From: an uncultured Verrucomicrobiae bacterium | GTDB taxonomy: Bacteria; Verrucomicrobiota; Verrucomicrobiia; Chthoniobacterales; Chthoniobacteraceae | Reading direction: 5' to 3' | NCBI GenBank assembly: GCA_963798345.1 | Contig: CAWCSW010000020.1 | Span: forward strand, 8,855-72,854 | DNA length: 64,000 nucleotides | In this document: positions 59,878 to 64,000 of the stretch, in pieces | Layout of the letters: each line of letters begins with the position of its first letter | Numbering within the stretch: the stretch's first letter is position 1 | The notes under the pieces: model-generated | The model's input: the letters and a program-made list of their open reading frames with translations, nothing else | What the model was told of the DNA's origin: nothing | Database searches by the model: none | Made by a program: the position numbers and the translations under genes

Positions 59878-61014
59878 AGCGCACTGGCCGTGGTCGGCAT
59901 GAAATCGAACGCACCGGCATTCGCGAATCCCGGTTTCGTGCCGTTCAGCGTGCCGGTCCACTCGCCCGCGCCTGGCACATAGGTCGAGCCTGATTCGATC
60001 CAGTTGTTGCTGCCACGGATCTGGCGGCCATTCGCCCAGACGGCCTCGACGGTGCGTTCGATGCGCGCGGTTCCGCCAGCCGTGACATCGATGACGTTGT
60101 TGTGCATCTCCACCGACTGGATGCCATCGAAGATCCGGAACACGGTCGAATCGGTTCCCGAGGCAGGATGAAGGTGTTGTTGACGAAACGTGTGCGACCT
60201 TTGCTCTGACCGGTGCCGTCGCCACCGACGCGAATCACCGAGCCGAATGCGGAGTTGGTATGCACGATGACATTGCCGACCACATCGGCATCCTCGCGAA
60301 TCAGGTCGCGCGTCCAGCCCGGTTGTTGCGTGTTCTCGTCCGGTCCGATCAGTTCAAGCTCGTGATAGACCGCGCCTTCAAACCAGTTGTAGGTGATCTC
60401 GCTGCGCTCGTGGCGGCTCTTGAGCAGATTGCCGCCATTGCCATTGTGGATGTAGCAGTAACGGATGCGCAGCACCGACCCGGGATGCGCGATCTCGTCG
60501 CTCTGCATGTAGAGCGGGTGCTGGTTGGTGCCGTTGCCGGCGTTGTAGACCTCGGAATACTCGAGCGTGAACGAACCCGAGAGTGGTCGGTCCCGAGAAT
60601 ACCGTGCCCCGGACAGTCGTGGATGACGCTGTTGCGCACGGTCACATCGTGCGCGCCCTGGAGGATGCAGCGCGAGGAACCGCCGCTGATGTCGAAGCCC
60701 TCGAATACGAGATGATCGGACTGGCGGAATTCGACGGTGTTGCCGGCACCGACGATGGCGGGCCGTTGCCCAGCGACCGCAATGCCGCGGATCACGACCG
60801 GATCGCCGGCGACGCCACCATCGGCCTGCGGCACCACGACTCCGCCGGCGTAGACGACACCGCCATCGACCTCGACGATATCGCCGCCACCGAGATCGAC
60901 CGCGGCGAACAATGCATTGAGTCCGGTATAGGTACGTGTCGGTCCGACCTGATAGGTCGCCGCCAGCAGTGGCGAAGAGAAAACCAGCAGGAACAACGCT
61001 GCCTTGCGCATCAT
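59706..61014 (-). pseudogene. Secreted right-handed parallel beta-helix (pectate-lyase-fold) protein with two frameshifts
   Basis: Signal peptide MMRKAALFLLVFSSPLLAATYQV. Beta-helix-like segments lie in three frames: ...VRNSVIHDCPGHGILG; TLEYSEVYNAGNGT...IRYCYIHNGNGGNLL...VVGNVIVH...RFVNNTF; VEMHNNVIDVTAGG...NWIESGSTYVPG. It converges on the truncated ABC gene at about 59700. Confidence 0.5.
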
Positions 61015-61074
61015 GCAGACTCCGGCCCTTGTCGAAGAGTCCAGTATCGCTGCCGACGTCGCGGTCGATTTGTG

Positions 61075-61663
61075 ACCCGCGTCGATAGCCGAACGGATAG
61101 ACGCCGATCCAGCGCGCATGCGCCCAGAACGCAAATGCGGCCCACGCGCCGACGCCGATGGCGACAGTCAACGCGTCGCCGCTCAGGGTGCCGCGCGCGT
61201 AGCTCACGCCGTTGCGCCGGTCACGGCGACGCGAAACGATGAACAGTACGATCGCCCAGATCAGGAAGGCGCCGAAGAGGACGACGTCATGCAGGAAGCC
61301 GGTGGCCAGCAGGTGGCCGAAGGCCCAGACCTTGGTTCCGGCCAGCATCGGATGGCCAATCCTGTGCTTGATGTGGTTGCGCGGCACATAGGCAGCAGTG
61401 ACGAGGACGAAGGCGATCAAGGTGAACAGGGCGTTGGCGTGCTTCAATGCGACGGGCGGCACGTAGAGCAACACCGGCTGCTGCCGGGCCAGACGGAAGC
61501 CCCAGACGATCAACACGAAGCCGACAAGCGACACTACCGAGTAGATCCCCTTCCAGCCGCCTTCGCCGAGCTTCGCGATCATGCGCTGACGAAATCCGTC
61601 GGCAAATATGCGCGTTGAATGAAGGCCGAGAAAAACCAGCAGGCCAAGCAGGAGGATCGTCAT
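61075..61663 (-). CDS. NnrU-family membrane protein (stop codon not found; the ORF runs on out of homology)
   Basis: IKHRIGHPMLAGTKVWAFGHLLATGFLHDVVLFGAFLIWAIVLFIVSRRRDRRNG... is the NnrU-family pattern. After about 195 aa the frame continues as Arg-rich nonsense into the next gene. Confidence 0.55.
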
Positions 61664-61718
61664 GGCTCAATTCCCGGGGACAGGGGCGATCGAATGATCG
61701 GGAAAGCGTGCGTCCGGC

Positions 61719-64000
61719 TCATGGCAGGTCCTTCGACTCGGCGTCGCCGCCCAGTGTGATCTGCTCCGCCGTCGGCACCTTGATCGGGCGCCGACCTGCC
61801 GAGGCAATCTGCATATTGAGCGCTACGAGGTCCTGCCTACGCAGACCCGACCAGAGCGCGATGGTCTGGTCGAGGCGACTGCGGCACTCGGCCAGCAACG
61901 CTTTCTGCGCTTCAGTCGGCAAGCGGTCGGCACCTTCGACGTCGGTCGCAAGCGAGGTCAGCTGGTCGCCGATCGTGGCCAGGGCGGGTGCCTCGTGGCC
62001 GTGATCGGTTCGCAACGGTTCGAGCTTCTTGCCGAAAGCGCCGATCGCGGTTTTCAATGCGACGGCGGGTGCCTGCGCAGAATCGGTGCCGCGTTCGACA
62101 AGCTGGCGATACACGGCCTCGACTTCACCATGCGCCTGCCAGTCACGCTCGAGTTCAACGGCGACGTCGTGCGAGAACGACAGCGTCGTGGCCAGGTCGG
62201 CGGGCGATATTTCAACGCGTGGGTCGATCTTGACCATGAGCGGTTGTTTCGACGCGACGCCATCGACGTCGAGCACAACCTGATACTCGCCGGGCAACGC
62301 GAGCGGACCCTGCGGGACCAGCGGCGTCGACTGGCCCAGTATGGCAGCGATCGAATAGTCGTATTCGATCGCCTTCGGACGCGCGAGGCGCAGGTCCCAG
62401 ACGAAGCGATGACCGCCCGCTTCAACGCCGGGACGCTCGGTCGGCTGCAGCCACGCGCGGAGAAGTAGGGTTTGACCGTCACTGCGGCGCCGTGTCGTCA
62501 CTGGCGAACCGCCGCAGCAAGCTGCCGTCGGCCGCATGGATTTCGATACTCACGCGTCGCGCGCCAGCGGGCAGCATGTAGTCGATGATCGCGCCGTTTG
62601 GTGGATTCGTTCCGAGCGCCGTTTCCGCAGGCAACGGCGTGTCCTTGTTCTGGTGGCCGCAGACGGAAGGCCGGCGCAGGCGTGAAGAGTCGCGCGGCCT
62701 GCGCCGGAGTAGACGCGTCTAGCTGACGCAGTGGACTGAGATCATCGAGAACCCAGATCGCCCTGCCCTGTGTTGCCGCGATCAGGTCGTTGTCGTGGAC
62801 GAGCAGGTCGCGCACCCAGGCAACCGGCAGGTTGCGCTGCAAGGCCTGCCAACGGCTGCCGTCATCGAAGGAAACAAATACGCCGCTGTCGGTGCCGGCA
62901 TAGAGCAATCCGCGGCGCAGCTGTCGGCACGACGACGCTGACGAAGCGGCCCTGTGGAAGACCACTGTTGATCGCGGTCCAGGTCTTGCCGTAGTCGCGT
63001 GTGCGCATGATCGACGGACGGAAATCGTCCTGGCGGTGATTGTCGATCGAGGCATAAGCCGTTCCGCGGTCCAGTGTGGAGACATCGATCGAACTGATCT
63101 TGGCCCAGTCCGGCAAGCTTTCGGGGTCACTTCGGCCCAGCTGGTGCCGCCATCGCGGGTAAGCTGGATGCGGCCGTTGTCGGTGCCGATCCAGATTTCG
63201 TTGTTGTCGTGCGGGGATGGCGAGATCGCGTAGATGACACCGAAGCCACAGGCGCTCGCCCGCCGCACCGGCACATCGCCATCGCAGCCTGTCTTCGGAT
63301 CGCGAGCCCGGTCAGATCCGGACTGATCACATGCCAGCTGTTGCCGCGATCCATCGAACGAAACAGAACCTGGGCGCCCGAATAAAGCGCGTATGGCGCG
63401 CGCGCCGGAATGCGATCGGGGTGAACCAGGTGTAGCGGTAGCGCACATCCGTTCCGCGAGCACCGTAGCTCGATACCGGCCACGGCGACACGTTCTGCAC
63501 TTCGCCGGTGTGCGCATCCCAGCGCGAGATGCGACCGCCAAGGCCAGACCCGAATACGATACCCGGGTTCTCCGGATCGGGAAGGTCGAAATCGCGCTCT
63601 TCGGCACCGACCGGATGCCAGTCGCGAAAGCTGATTGCACCGTAGTCGCTGCGGCTGGCAATCGCGACCGTGCCGGAATCCTGCTGGCCCAGATAGATCC
63701 GGTAGGGAAACCATGCCCCGGCGAGATGATAGAACTGGCCGGTCGGCGGTGACACCAGTCACTCCAGGTCTTGCCGCCGTTGAGGCTGACCACGGTACCC
63801 TGGTCGCCTGCCGTGATCATGCGCTCTGGATGCTTTGGGTTGATCCAGAGATGATGGTAGTCGTCGCCGCCGGGGGCACCCTTGATGATCGTGAACGTCC
63901 TGCCAGCATCGATCGACTTGTGGATCGATTGGCCGACCGTGTAGAGCGTGTCCGGGTCGTTCGGGGCAATGGTCAGCCGACTTTCATACCAGCTCGTCAC
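61719..64000 (-). pseudogene. BNR/Asp-box repeat (sortilin/VPS10-like) protein. At least 6 frame changes. 5' end outside the window
   Basis: Asp-box motifs scattered over three frames (SIDAGRTFT, SLNGGKTWS, SMDRGNSWHV, RDYGKTWTA, LTRDGGTSWAEV, SFDDGSRWQAL). Plus a C-terminal domain in the 61719..62537 ORF. Confidence 0.55.

Noticed and set aside
1-64000. Scan for IS elements, integrases, CRISPR arrays and long direct or inverted repeats
   Set aside because: No transposase or integrase motifs and no regularly spaced short repeats were seen. The only repeat structure is the intragenic DUF11 coding array.

Overview
High-GC (about 62%) bacterial chromosomal window, probably from a soil bacterium of Verrucomicrobia/Acidobacteria type. 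The taxon guess rests only on the mix of hybrid histidine kinases, PEP-CTERM, FG-GAP and DUF11 content. All family assignments come from motifs I recognise in the supplied translations; no searches were run.

Content, left to right:
- 0-8.3 kb: signalling cluster built around a KaiC homolog (two RecA-like P-loop domains) and three paralogous hybrid histidine kinases. One kinase has an N-terminal pseudo-receiver and one has PAS domains. No KaiA or KaiB is visible.
- 10.5-13.3 kb: a hybrid kinase whose N-terminal membrane domain matches the plant ETR1 ethylene-binding domain, including the copper-ligating Cys and His. It converges on a response regulator with a Cys/His-rich C-terminal tail.
- 13.3-24.3 kb: a broken glycogen/trehalose locus. 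It holds a glgX remnant, an ECF sigma factor, an NtrC-type activator, a treS remnant with an internal deletion, and intact glycogen debranching enzyme (GDE) and TreZ.
- 18-28.7 kb: general-stress gene set (YciF, DJ-1/PfpI, CsbD, cardiolipin synthase, two DUF883 proteins, YeaQ/YmgE).
- 29.2-30.3 kb: a second, degraded KaiC-like gene next to a tRNA 3'-half-like remnant.
- 30.4-31.6 kb: a secreted thioredoxin-fold protein whose reading frame passes through one in-frame TGA at the redox-motif position. This is a candidate selenoprotein.
- 32-47 kb: a GH76-like hydrolase, an NlpC/P60 peptidase, frameshifted dnaE, a 1845-aa FG-GAP/DUF11 surface protein, a Wzc-like tyrosine kinase and a PEP-CTERM protein.
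- 47-64 kb: rpoA (heavily frameshifted), rplQ, an HflK-like protein, a nuoB-nuoC pair, tatD, apt, purB, a panB-like gene, hydrolases, a 3'-truncated ABC exporter, a frameshifted beta-helix protein, an NnrU-family protein and a badly frameshifted BNR-repeat gene.

Two recurring patterns stand out. Gene remnants and frameshifts cluster in particular genes: LigD, glgX, treS, a histidine-kinase fragment, KaiC-like, dnaE, rpoA, the beta-helix gene and the BNR gene. Several long neighbouring ORFs (862, 1845 and 731 aa) are intact. I cannot tell from sequence alone whether the frameshifts are real decay or assembly indels.

No transposase, integrase or CRISPR array was seen.
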